Source: Cenarchaeum sp. (GTDB lineage Archaea; Thermoproteota; Nitrososphaeria; Nitrososphaerales; Nitrosopumilaceae). Taken from it: a stretch of DNA of 64,000 bases. A model generated the notes under the pieces. It saw nothing but the letters and a program-made list of their open reading frames with translations, had not been told where the DNA came from and made no database searches. Made by a program: the position numbers and the translations under genes. Position 1 is the first letter of the stretch. Each line of letters begins with the position of its first letter. The DNA is taken from assembly GCA_965242695.1 (NCBI GenBank), contig CBDESU010000001.1:1984001-2048000 (forward strand), in the 5' to 3' direction. Positions 47,487-56,608 of this stretch are shown one piece after another.

Positions 47487-49064
47487 CTAGAGCTTTTTCG
47501 TCTCGATCCTCGGCGCCGAGACCGACCTGGCCCGGGCGTACTTGTCGACGATCTCGTCGGGCGTGCGCCCGTTGAACAGGTCCTTGCACAGGCCGCGCAG
47601 GTACCTCATTATCGCCCACGTGCCGGCCTTTATGATCCCGTACATGAACATCTTCATCGGCGGCCCGTACGTCTTGTTGCGCAGGATGATCGGTATGATG
47701 TCGTTGATGACGCGCAGGTTGTTCTCCCAGCAGCGCCAAAAGAGCGTAAACTGCGCCTCGTTGAGGTTGCCAAAGTGCATAGAGTTGCGCTCCCCAAAGT
47801 CCTGGTAGAGCAGCGGCGCGACGAGCCCCCTAAAGTCCATGGCCCTAAAGTCGGACATCATGCGGATGGTGTCCTGGACGTCGTCGGGCGTCTCGTCGGG
47901 CCAGCCAATGATGATCGTCGCGGCCGGAAACCAGTGGTTCTCGTTGAGTATCTCGGCGCCGCGCCGCACGACGCTGCCCCACTCCTCGGCGGCGAACGGG
48001 CGCGTCTTGACGCCGAGGTGCTTCTTGACCATAGACGGCGAGACGGTCTCGATCCCGAGGTTGGTCGCAAGCCACCTGTTCGTCTCGTCCTGGCGGTTTA
48101 TCGTCGATATGCGGCGCATGAGCTCGGGGTCGGCCGCGACGGCCGAGAACGTCATGTGCGTCGTGCCGACAAAGTTGGCGCCGAGCCCCTTCAGGCCCGT
48201 CCACAGGTCGGTTATCGCATCGCGGTTGGGCACAAAGTCGCGGTTGTCGCACCCGTACAGGAGCATCTCGTCCGAGTGGAGCCATATCGAGTCGAACCCG
48301 TAGTCGAGGTTTATCCGAGCCTCGCGCTGCAGCCTGTCGAGGGGGAGGTCCTTCTTCGAGCGCTTGTTGACGTCGCAAAAGTCGCAGCCGCGGCCGCACC
48401 CGCGCATCGCCTCGATCAGCGAGTTTACGGTCGGGCCGCTGATCACGGGGATGTTCTGTATGTTCTTCACGAAGCAGTGCATGAGCTCGGGCGCATCGCC
48501 CCTCTCCAGGTCGTTGAACAGGTCTAGCGCGAGCTCGTCGGCCTCGCCGACGACGACCGTGTCGATGCCGTGCACGCGCATGCGGTCCGGCTTTGCAAGC
48601 TCCCACGCCCCGTTGCCGCCGACGACGACGTGGAAGTCGTACCTCTTCTTGAGCTGGATGATCTTGGCGCACATGCGCTTGAACTTCATGGCCACGTACG
48701 AGAGCTTTTCGGGCGACATCGTCGTCGTGACCGGTGCCATGCCGAGGGGATCCATCACGTTGATGCCGACGACCTTTGTGCCCTGCCCGACCGACTTTTC
48801 AAGGTGGTCGGGGTTTGCAATGAACACCTCGTCGCGCCGGTACCCCTGGAGCAGGGCCCCCTCGACGCGGCGCAGCCCGACCTGGGCGACCTTTGCCTCG
48901 CCCGTGGCTGGGTCGGTCTCGACGGCCGGGCAGAAGACCCTGTCGAAGACCCACTCGGGCAGCACCTCGTACGGGCCGCATGCGATGAACCCGTACAAAA
49001 AGTTGCCCCTGTAGTTGGTCATGAGGCTCCGGTCGGCCGTCAGGACGATCCTCTTGCCGGGCAA
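47487..49064 (-). CDS. B12-binding-like radical SAM protein
   Basis: CGRGCDFC (CxxxCxxC); VVVGGNGAW and VVVGEAD in the N-terminal domain. Confidence 0.9.
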   Translation of the reverse strand: MPGKRIVLTADRSLMTNYRGNFLYGFIACGPYEVLPEWVFDRVFCPAVETDPATGEAKVAQVGLRRVEGALLQGYRRDEVFIANPDHLEKSVGQGTKVVGINVMDPLGMAPVTTTMSPEKLSYVAMKFKRMCAKIIQLKKRYDFHVVVGGNGAWELAKPDRMRVHGIDTVVVGEADELALDLFNDLERGDAPELMHCFVKNIQNIPVISGPTVNSLIEAMRGCGRGCDFCDVNKRSKKDLPLDRLQREARINLDYGFDSIWLHSDEMLLYGCDNRDFVPNRDAITDLWTGLKGLGANFVGTTHMTFSAVAADPELMRRISTINRQDETNRWLATNLGIETVSPSMVKKHLGVKTRPFAAEEWGSVVRRGAEILNENHWFPAATIIIGWPDETPDDVQDTIRMMSDFRAMDFRGLVAPLLYQDFGERNSMHFGNLNEAQFTLFWRCWENNLRVINDIIPIILRNKTYGPPMKMFMYGIIKAGTWAIMRYLRGLCKDLFNGRTPDEIVDKYARARSVSAPRIETKKL

Positions 49065-49256
49065 CGCCGGGCCGTGCTATTGTAACTATAAATCGCTTGC
49101 TAGGCGGCGCCGGGCGCGGCCGCGGGGCGCTCCGGCGCGGGCGGGGAGGGGGTGCGCCAGAGGCGAGGGGGCGGAGGGGTGCGACCAGGCCTTGCGGCAC
49201 GGCACGGGATGCAGGCGAGGCAACATTCCTTGGGCCGACAAGGCCCCGGGGTGCTG

Positions 49257-50312
49257 TCAGGCCGCGCGGCACAGCACGAGCGCGTACGCGCCGTCCGCTC
49301 CGGTCCACGCGCCCTCGACGGGCAGGCCGGCGGCGCCGAACATGGCCCGGATCTGCGGCAGCGTGTACTTGTGCGAGTTCTCGGTGTGGATCATCTCGCC
49401 GTCCTCGAGCACGCCGGCCAGCCCCGCCCTGCCGACCTCGAAGCGCTGCCGCTCAAGCGAGCGTATGTGCATCTCGACGCGCTGCTCGGCGGCGTTGTAG
49501 CGCGCCGAGTGCCTGAACCGCGACAGGTCAAAGTCGCCGGCCAGCTCCGAGTTTATCCTGCGGAGCATGTTGAGGTTGAACTCGGCCGTTATGCCCTGCG
49601 AGTCGTCGTAGGCCGCCTCCAGGGCCCCGCGGTCCTTGACAAGGTCCAGGCCCGCAAGGAACGTGTCGCCGGCGCGCATCGAGGCGCGCAGCAGCGCAAG
49701 AAAGTCGGCGCCGTCGGCCGCGTCAAAGTTGCCAAAGCTCGAGCCCAGGAACGCGACCAGGTTCGCCCCCCCGCCGCCGCTGCCGCCGAGCCGCTTCACG
49801 AACTCTAGGCCGCCGCCGTACGCGTCGACGACCCCCGTTATGGTCAGCCCGTCGTACTCGCCGACCAGCGCGCCGCAGCTGTCCGGCATCATGCCAGAGA
49901 CGTCTATCGGGACGTACTCTGTGCGGTCCTGCACGGCGGCGAGCGCGTCGAGCAGTAGGCGCGTCTTGCGCGACGAGCCGCTGCCCAGCTCGACGAGCCT
50001 GACGCGCCGCCCCGGCGCGCCGGCCGCGGCGCGCACGATCTCGCCCCCCGCATCGGCGAGTATCGCGGTCTCGGCCCGGGTCAGATAGTACTCGGGCGCA
50101 TCGCAGATGCGCTCGAACAGGGCCGATCCGCGGTCGTCGTAAAAGAACCGCGGGCTGAGGGCCTTGTGCGGCGGGGGGCGGCCGAGGCCGTCGGCGACGG
50201 CCTGCGCAAACGTCGCCTCGGCCTGCGAGCGGAGCGGGCGGTAGTACGCCTGGCGCGGGCCGCGGCGGCTGCACTCGTACCCGAGCACCTGCCCCGCTGC
50301 GGCCCTGGTCAC
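49257..50312 (-). CDS. egtD: L-histidine N-alpha-methyltransferase
   Basis: K.L.P.FFYDDRGS.LFE.IC..PEYYLTRAE, ELGSGSSRKT, FLGSSFGN, AYDDSQGITAEFNLN, IHTENSHKY. Confidence 0.93.
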   Translation of the reverse strand: MTRAAAGQVLGYECSRRGPRQAYYRPLRSQAEATFAQAVADGLGRPPPHKALSPRFFYDDRGSALFERICDAPEYYLTRAETAILADAGGEIVRAAAGAPGRRVRLVELGSGSSRKTRLLLDALAAVQDRTEYVPIDVSGMMPDSCGALVGEYDGLTITGVVDAYGGGLEFVKRLGGSGGGGANLVAFLGSSFGNFDAADGADFLALLRASMRAGDTFLAGLDLVKDRGALEAAYDDSQGITAEFNLNMLRRINSELAGDFDLSRFRHSARYNAAEQRVEMHIRSLERQRFEVGRAGLAGVLEDGEMIHTENSHKYTLPQIRAMFGAAGLPVEGAWTGADGAYALVLCRAA

Positions 50313-50482
50313 GGCGCGCGCCGCCGGGCGTGCGCATAAAAGCATTGGCGGGCGGCCGTCCTTTCCGGCGCGGCGGCGGGAGGGGCTCGGCGAGACGTCC
50401 CGCAGGCGGGCGGCCCGGAGCGCGCCCCGCGGCGCGGCATGCCGCCGGCAACGGCTTTATTGGCGGGGCTGAGGCATGCCGC

Positions 50483-50824
50483 ATGGCAGACGAGGATGCG
50501 GGCGGCGGCGGCATCGAGGGGCGCGACGAGGTGATCGGCAGCCTGTTCGACCCCGACGTGTCGGGGCTGATCGCCGAGCTCGAGGGCGGCCCCCTCCCGC
50601 TGTCCGACCTTGCATCCAGGTCCGGCATCGCGCCCGGCGAGGTCGACTCGCGCCTCTCGCGCCTCGTCGAGCTCGGCTACGTCTCGCGGCGGGCCGATCC
50701 GGCGGCCGGCGGCGGCGCCGTGTACGAGGCCGACGCCTCGAAGCTCGCCGCCGTCATGGAGAGCGACGAAAACTACCAGTCCGCCGTCGACGGCATGGCA
50801 AAGCTCGACAGCTTCCTCAACTGA
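50483..50824 (+). CDS. Winged-helix (ArsR/TrmB-like) protein
   Basis: GPLPLSDLASRSGIAPGEVDSRLSRLVELGYV; TTTATT box ~22 nt upstream. Confidence 0.8.
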   Translation: MADEDAGGGGIEGRDEVIGSLFDPDVSGLIAELEGGPLPLSDLASRSGIAPGEVDSRLSRLVELGYVSRRADPAAGGGAVYEADASKLAAVMESDENYQSAVDGMAKLDSFLN

Positions 50825-50860
50825 CCGGCCCGCCGCCGGCGATCGCCGCCGCGCCTGCCG

Positions 50861-51385
50861 CTACCGCCGGCGCCGCCTGGCCCGTGCCCGCACCGCGATG
50901 ACCCCCACAACCCCCATGCCGACGAGCCCGGCGACCGTCAGGTAGAGGCCCGTGATCCCGACGGCGATCTTTTCCGTCCCCGGCAGGGCGCCGATGACGG
51001 CGACCGCCTCGGTGCTCCCCGAGCCCGACCCGTCGACCCGCAGGGTGTACGCGCCGGCCTCTTCCACGTCAAAGTATCCCTCGTGCGAGCCGCCCTCGAT
51101 GCGCCCGCCGGCGAGCTCCGAGCCCGAGGGCCCGACTACGCTGGCCCGCACGCCGGCGCCGGCATCGGGGTCCATCACCTGCACGACGAACACGCCGCCC
51201 GGCCCGCCCTCGCCGTCCGGCTCCAGGTGGGCCGAGACTGACACCGAGCCGCCGCCCGGCCCGCCGACCAGGCCCACCTGCTGCTCGAGGTCGCCCGTTA
51301 TGATCGACGAGCCGTAGAACGACAGGGCCAGGCCGGCGGCGACCAGGCCGCCGACTATGGCGAGCATCGCGGCCGCCGAGAGCAT
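50861..51385 (-). CDS. Two-TM membrane protein with a beta-sandwich loop
   Basis: Hydrophobic N- and C-terminal helices, basic tail; TTTTA box upstream. Confidence 0.78.
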   Translation of the reverse strand: MLSAAAMLAIVGGLVAAGLALSFYGSSIITGDLEQQVGLVGGPGGGSVSVSAHLEPDGEGGPGGVFVVQVMDPDAGAGVRASVVGPSGSELAGGRIEGGSHEGYFDVEEAGAYTLRVDGSGSGSTEAVAVIGALPGTEKIAVGITGLYLTVAGLVGMGVVGVIAVRARARRRRR

Positions 51386-51494
51386 GGCGGCGCGTGCGCC
51401 GGCCCCCCTAAAAGCGTGCCGCCCAAAAAGTTAGCCCTGCACAACAAATTTAGCCCATGCTAACTTTAAAACCGCCCCGCGGCCGGCGCCGGCC

Positions 51495-52595
51495 ATGGGG
51501 CTTAGGCGCAGGCAGGCGGCGATGGCCGCGGCCGGCATGGCGGCCGTCGCGGCCGCGGCGGCGGCCGCAGTGGCCGACCCGTCCCCGGGCGCGTCCGCCT
51601 CGGGCGGGGAGCGCGTCTTCGTCACGCACACGGGCGCCGTCGTGCGCACCACCGGCGAGGTGCTCGACCCCGTGTACGCCGGGCAGGCCGTAGAGTTCGA
51701 CCCCCTCGAGTACCTCCGCTCGTTCGAGTACGGGAGGACGACAGAGCTGGCAGACGGGACGCTCCTGCGCGAGTACACGATAGTTGCCGACGACCACCGG
51801 GTCATGGAGGTCGCGCCCGGCGTGTTCTACAACGTGTGGACGTTCAACGGGACCGTTCCCGGCCCGACCATACGCGCCACCGAGGGCGACCTGGTCCGCA
51901 TCCACTTCTTCAACAACGGGTCAAAGCCGCACACGATGCACTTTCACGGCATACACGAGGCCCGATTCGACGGCGTCTTCGAGACCGTCGGGCCCGGCGG
52001 GAGGTTCACGTACGAGTGGCGCGCCGAGCCGGTCGGCGTCCACCCGTACCACTGCCATATAATGCCGCTCGAGGAGCACATAGCGCACGGCCTGTACGGC
52101 GTGTACATCGTCGACCCCGCAGGCGGCAGGCCGCCGGCCGACGAGATGGTCATGGTCCTCAACGGGCTCGACACCGACTTTGACGGCGAGAACAACTTTT
52201 ACGCGGCCAACACGGTCCCGTTCTACTACCAGCACCACCCCATACGGATAGGCGTCGGCGAGCCCGTCCGCGTGTACGTCGTGAACATGGTAGAGTTCGA
52301 CCCGATCAACAACTTCCACCTACACGGCAACCTGTACCACTACTACCCGACGGGGACGGACACCGTCCCGTCGTTCTACACGGACATGGTGACGCTCTCG
52401 CAGACCGAGCGGGGCATAATGGAGTTCACCTACGACTATCCTGGGCGGTACCTGTTCCACGCCCACAAGGTAGAGTTCTCCGAAAAGGGGTGGACGGGGC
52501 TGTTCCTGGTCGGCGGCGAGGAGGGCGCGGGGGAAGAGTACGGAGGAGGCGCGGCGGCCGGGGCGGCCGGGGCGGCGGGGCAGGGCTATGGCTGA
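51495..52595 (+). CDS. Two-domain multicopper oxidase
   Basis: WTFNGTVPGPTIR, PHTMHFHG, YHCH..PLEEHIAHGL, NNFHLHG, FHAH; Arg-rich signal region. Confidence 0.92.
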   Translation: MGLRRRQAAMAAAGMAAVAAAAAAAVADPSPGASASGGERVFVTHTGAVVRTTGEVLDPVYAGQAVEFDPLEYLRSFEYGRTTELADGTLLREYTIVADDHRVMEVAPGVFYNVWTFNGTVPGPTIRATEGDLVRIHFFNNGSKPHTMHFHGIHEARFDGVFETVGPGGRFTYEWRAEPVGVHPYHCHIMPLEEHIAHGLYGVYIVDPAGGRPPADEMVMVLNGLDTDFDGENNFYAANTVPFYYQHHPIRIGVGEPVRVYVVNMVEFDPINNFHLHGNLYHYYPTGTDTVPSFYTDMVTLSQTERGIMEFTYDYPGRYLFHAHKVEFSEKGWTGLFLVGGEEGAGEEYGGGAAAGAAGAAGQGYG

Positions 52596-53943
52596 GGCGC
52601 GCGGGGCCGGCCGGGGCGGCGGGGCAGGCGGGCGCAGGCGGGCCGCTGCCGCAGCGGCCGGAGGCCTCGCCCCGCTTGCGGCAGTCGCGCTCATGGCGGC
52701 GTACATGCTCGGGCCGGCCACCGACGCGCTCGACCTCGGCACGGCCCTGCCCGAGCTGTCGATCGAGGAGGTCGGCTTTGCCGACGGCGAGATACGCGCC
52801 ACCGTGCGCAACACCGGCCCGATCCCCGTGTCGGTGGCAGTGGCCGACGTCAACGACAGGATCCACCCGGCGGCGATCGAGCCGGACCGGAGCCTCGAGA
52901 GGCTAGAGACGGCCGTCGTCCGCATACCCTTCGACTGGAACGCGGGCGAGCCGTACAGGATCGGCGTTACGGTCGACGACGGCACGCGCTTCGAGAGGGC
53001 CGTGGAGGCGGCGTCTGCGCTGCCCGAGCCCACGGCCGACCTGTTCGCAGTGTTTGCGCTAGTCGGCACGTACGTCGGGGTCGTCCCCGTGCTCGTCGGC
53101 ATGCTGTGGCTGCCGTTCATGGCGCGCATGCGCGGCGGCGCGTACGCGTTCATCCTCGCATTCACGGCCGGGCTGCTGCTGTTCCTCGGGATCGACGCGG
53201 CCGAGGAGGCGGCGGCCATATCCGCCGAGAGCCTCGCCGGCGGCCTCAACGGGCTGCCGCTGATCGCTACCGTGTCGGCCGCCTCGTTCCTTGCGCTGCA
53301 CGTGGCATCCGGCCGCCTGTCCGCGCGCGGGGAAGAGGCCGCGCCGGCGGCGGGGGCCGGGCGCGAGGCCGCGGGAGGATCGGCCGCCCACGGCCCGGCG
53401 GCAGGGCCGAGGGGCGAGGCGGCGCGGCCGATGGCGATCGCCCTCATGATCGCCGTCGGCGTCGGGCTGCACAACCTCGGCGAGGGGCTTGCGATCGGCG
53501 CGGCCGTCGTCCTCGGCCAGGCGGCCCTCGGCGCGTTCCTCATAGTCGGCTTTGCCCTGCACAACACGACCGAGGGCGTGGCGATTGCCGCGCCCGTCGC
53601 AAGGGCCGCAGGGAGGGGCCGCGGTTCGGCCGGCTGGGCGGACATGGGAGGCATCCGCGCCGCCGCGCGCCTCGTCCCGCGCCTTGCCGCCCTCGGCGCG
53701 ATAGCCGGCGTGCCGGCGATCTTTGGGGCGTGGATCGGCGGGTTTGCGTACTCGCCGGTCTCTGCAATCGTGTTCCTGTCCGTCGGGATCGGCGCGATAT
53801 TCCAGGTCGCGTACGCCGTCCTTGCGTGGTCCAGGTCGATGGGGGCGGAAAGGGGGGGCGCCTACGCGTTCCCTAGCGCCCCGGCGGCAGCCGGCATAGC
53901 CCTCGGCATGGCCGTCATGTACCTGACGAGCGTGCTCGTCTAG
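52588..53943 (+). CDS. ZIP family metal transporter with extracellular N-terminal domain
   Basis: GLHNLGEGLAIG and FALHNTTEG metal-site helices; overlaps the MCO stop. Confidence 0.92.
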   Translation: MAEARGAGRGGGAGGRRRAAAAAAGGLAPLAAVALMAAYMLGPATDALDLGTALPELSIEEVGFADGEIRATVRNTGPIPVSVAVADVNDRIHPAAIEPDRSLERLETAVVRIPFDWNAGEPYRIGVTVDDGTRFERAVEAASALPEPTADLFAVFALVGTYVGVVPVLVGMLWLPFMARMRGGAYAFILAFTAGLLLFLGIDAAEEAAAISAESLAGGLNGLPLIATVSAASFLALHVASGRLSARGEEAAPAAGAGREAAGGSAAHGPAAGPRGEAARPMAIALMIAVGVGLHNLGEGLAIGAAVVLGQAALGAFLIVGFALHNTTEGVAIAAPVARAAGRGRGSAGWADMGGIRAAARLVPRLAALGAIAGVPAIFGAWIGGFAYSPVSAIVFLSVGIGAIFQVAYAVLAWSRSMGAERGGAYAFPSAPAAAGIALGMAVMYLTSVLV

Positions 53944-53948
53944 CGCCG

Positions 53949-55427
53949 TCAGGCGGGCTCGGGGTGGACCGTGACAAGGGCGCCGGCGAACCTGGCCCTG
54001 ATGGCGCGCTCGATCTCGGCCGTCATGTCGTGCACGTCGCGCACCGGCAGCGAGCCGTCGAACGCGCAGTCGACGTCGACCTTCAGCACGTCCTTGAGCG
54101 CAAACGATGCGATGCGGCCGACGCGGGCGACGCCGGGGTGCGCGCCGACGATGGCGCGCAGCTCGCCGTCCCTGCCGCGCGCGGCGCCCCCCTCGCCGCC
54201 GCCCCTTCCGGCATCCCCCGGCCCCTCGTCGGCCTCGGCCTGGACCTCGACGCGCGGCTCGATGTGCACCGTGGCATGCTCGGTGTCGGGGAACTCGGCG
54301 ACGATTGCATCCTCTATGGCATCGGATATCGCGTGCGCATCGGAGAGGGGCATCGCCCCGTCGACCATCGCATGGAGGCTAGAGTACGAGCGCCCGCCGA
54401 ACGAGTGCGTGCTGACGTTGTGCACGTCGCGCACGCCGCCGACCGACGAGGCGATCTCGTATATCCTGGCGTCGCGCGGAACCACCTCCCACGCCGGCTC
54501 GAAGTGGACGGTCGTCTCGGCGTTGTGCACGGCCCCCGATATGCTAGACTCGACTGCGTCGCTTATCGCGTGGGCCCTCTCAAAGCTGGCATCGCCGCGC
54601 AGCCTGACCGTGACGTCGGCGAACACGGCGTCCCCCGACGTGCGGACCATGACGGCGCCCGTGCCGACCACGCCCGGCGTCGATGCGGCGGCCCTCCGCA
54701 CGGCAGAGACGGTCTCTGGCGAGACCGTGTCGGCAAGGTCGGCGGCCGACCCGTGCACAAGCCGTATGCTGAGGGCGGCAAGGAGGGCTCCGAGGACGAG
54801 CGCGGCGGCAAAGTCGCCGTTCGCCACCCCGAGGGCCGACAGGGCCACGCCGGCCATGGCAAGGCCCGTCGAGCCGGCGTCCATTGTTGCGTGGTACAGC
54901 TCGGCCCTAAGGGCCCTTCCGCCGGCCCTGCGAACGGCCCTGCCCACGATCGCGATGCGAAACGCGGCGACGGCCATTGCGTAGGCGCCTGCCGCAAGGA
55001 GGGGCGCGGCGGCCTCTGCCGTCGTGGACGCGGCCGGATCGGCCGCGACAAGCCTCGCGGACGCCGCGTACACAAGGTAGGCGGCGACGAGGAGCATCGC
55101 CATGCCGCCGAGCAGCCCGCCGAGCGACTCGATCTTGCCGTGGCCGTACGTGTGCCTGGCGTCCGGCGGCCTAGAGGCCATGCGGACCGACACGAGCAGG
55201 ACGGCGACCACGACGCAGTCGAGCAGGGCATGCGCGCCGTCCGTCACGATGGCCAGGCTTCCGTACGCCATGCCGATGGCCGTCTCGACCGCAAAGGCCG
55301 AGGCAATGGCGATCAGCGACATGCGCAGGACGGACGTGCGGCGCGCAAACTGGGGGAGGGCGGCGGCGCGGCCGTGGGCTGCCCCAGGGCCCTGCGAGGC
55401 AGGCGCAGGTGCCTTGCCACCCGCCAT
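53949..55427 (-). CDS. Cation diffusion facilitator with three C-terminal dimerisation domains
   Basis: SLAIVTDGAHALLD, PPDARHTYGHGKIE, three AH.I...(V/I)E...H.EP repeats; ATG 55427 follows an AATATA box. Confidence 0.9.
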   Translation of the reverse strand: MAGGKAPAPASQGPGAAHGRAAALPQFARRTSVLRMSLIAIASAFAVETAIGMAYGSLAIVTDGAHALLDCVVVAVLLVSVRMASRPPDARHTYGHGKIESLGGLLGGMAMLLVAAYLVYAASARLVAADPAASTTAEAAAPLLAAGAYAMAVAAFRIAIVGRAVRRAGGRALRAELYHATMDAGSTGLAMAGVALSALGVANGDFAAALVLGALLAALSIRLVHGSAADLADTVSPETVSAVRRAAASTPGVVGTGAVMVRTSGDAVFADVTVRLRGDASFERAHAISDAVESSISGAVHNAETTVHFEPAWEVVPRDARIYEIASSVGGVRDVHNVSTHSFGGRSYSSLHAMVDGAMPLSDAHAISDAIEDAIVAEFPDTEHATVHIEPRVEVQAEADEGPGDAGRGGGEGGAARGRDGELRAIVGAHPGVARVGRIASFALKDVLKVDVDCAFDGSLPVRDVHDMTAEIERAIRARFAGALVTVHPEPA

Positions 55428-55618
55428 GCGTTGCGGCCGCGCCGATCGTATATTGGTCTTGCACGGGCCACCGGCGGGGCCGGGGCCCGAGTGCGGCGGC
55501 CTGCGGGCGCCCGGATCGGACGGAATGCGAAGCCCGCCGCATCCGCTCTGCGCGCTTTGCATGCCCGCCGGCGCCCCTCGCGCCGCAGGCGCCCGCGCCC
55601 CGCGTCCCCGGTGCGGCG

Positions 55619-56404
55619 CTATTCCGGAGATGGGGGAAGCCGGCGACACAGCCCTGCGTATCAGCCCAAGCTTGGCGGCCAGGCCGTCCGAGTGCACGCA
55701 CTCCACGCCCCACTCGCCGAGCAGCCCGATGATCCGGCGCGCGCGCGGCCCGACTCTGCCTGCCTCGGGCTCGGACTGCGCAGTGCACGCGGAAAACTCG
55801 ACCGTCGAACCTGCCAGCTCCCTGGCCGCGCGCACCTTGCCGAGCGCCATCCCGGCCGCAGTGTGCGAGCCGCGCGCGGCAAGCGAGAGCGCAAAAAGCG
55901 CGTAGCGCGGCTCGGTTCCCGCAAGGAACACGTTCGGGAGGCGCACGGCGGGGCCTCCCATATCCAGGTCGTACGCCCTCCTGTAGCAGCCCGGCGGGAA
56001 CCCCGCCCTTGCAATCTCCCTTCCAAGCAGCGCGCCGGCATCCCCGCCGCCCGAGTCCGGCACGCCCACCTGCATGTTGTACACCCACTCGAGCGCCGCC
56101 TCGTGAGTCTCAAATCTCACCAGGTTCCGGGGCCGCGTCACCACCAGGCGGTCCAGCACCTGCCCTTCCGCCAGGTTCTTCAGGTAGCCGCCTCCACGTG
56201 GAACGGCCCCTGCACGGCCTGCTCGTCCCTGCCCGGGACGTACGCATAGCCCGTCCGGCGGCGCACCTCTTCCCAGTTGTCAGCAACCTTGCGGTACGCC
56301 GTGTTGGTGTCGGGATCGTACAGGATTACCCCTATGTTGACAGGATCGGGATGCGCGGGGCCGTGGGGCGCCACAGTAATCGTCGAAAATTGGCAGTCCG
56401 GCAT
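55619..56404 (-). pseudogene. DUF3037-like protein, frameshifted at ~56187; 3' end uncertain
   Basis: PVNIGVILYD in the first frame; GGYLKNL...VTRPRNL...EAALEWVYNMQV continues in another frame, which runs without a stop into the CDF gene. Confidence 0.6.
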
Positions 56405-56444
56405 CGTCAATCCACCCGCAGGGCGCGACGCACCCAAGCTGCAC

Positions 56445-56563
56445 CCGCAGGCCTGCCGCCCGCGAGGCAGGGCACGGCATTCCGCAGGCCTGCCGCCCGC
56501 GAGGCAGGGCACGGCATTCCGCAGGCCTGCCGCCCGCGAGGCAGGGCACGGCATTCCGCAGGC
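56445..56563. repeat. Perfect 37-bp tandem repeat, 3.2 copies
   Basis: CCGCAGGCCTGCCGCCCGCGAGGCAGGGCACGGCATT at 56445, 56482 and 56519, partial at 56556; internal hairpin CCTGCC/GGCAGG. Confidence 0.95.
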
Positions 56564-56608
56564 GCTCCATGCCGCGCCACCTTCCATGCAGCCGCGGCCC
56601 GAGCCGCC

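Noticed and set aside
53949-56159. 736-aa novel CDF fusion protein
   Set aside because: Better explained as read-through from a damaged DUF3037-like gene; the CDF has its own TATA box and ATG at 55427.
56445-56563. 37-bp repeat as a CRISPR array
   Set aside because: Copies are head-to-tail with no spacers.
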